From: Eledone cirrhosa
Taxonomy: Eukaryota
DNA: 64,000 bases
Direction: 5' to 3'
NCBI GenBank assembly: GCA_964016885.1
Contig: OZ024743.1
Span: forward strand, 1,240,001-1,304,000
The position numbers and the translations under genes are program-made. Below the pieces are notes generated by a model, which was not told where the DNA came from, did not search any database, and was given only the letters and a program-made list of their open reading frames with translations. The stretch's first letter is position 1, and each line of letters opens with the position of its first letter. Of the stretch, positions 63,940 to 64,000 are shown piece after piece.

Positions 63940-64000
63940 CACTTCCACTTTCTCTTTCTATATTTCTTTTTCTCTCTTATATATATAAATATATAGACAC

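Overview
AT-rich, microsatellite-dense eukaryotic DNA, most likely octopus (inferred from SINE types and (TA)n/(CA)n/(GATA)n abundance). One host gene can be reconstructed on the + strand from about 26.4 kb to beyond the window end: signal peptide, WSC domain, VWA domain with intact MIDAS, then at least 11 phase-1 EGF exons. The rest is mobile DNA in two microsatellite-associated systems. (1) Tx1-clade LINEs bounded by (GATA)n and stacked head-to-tail, including one near full-length copy at 1.2-6.6 kb. (2) Penelope-like elements (two 5'-truncated RT/GIY-YIG copies) and many short non-coding relatives embedded in (TA)n. These carry about 19 type I hammerhead ribozyme motifs from roughly 11 sequence families, including U3-A8 compensatory cores, often arranged as foldback palindromes. 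All structures were read by eye; repeat boundaries are approximate and no ribozyme activity or database match has been tested.
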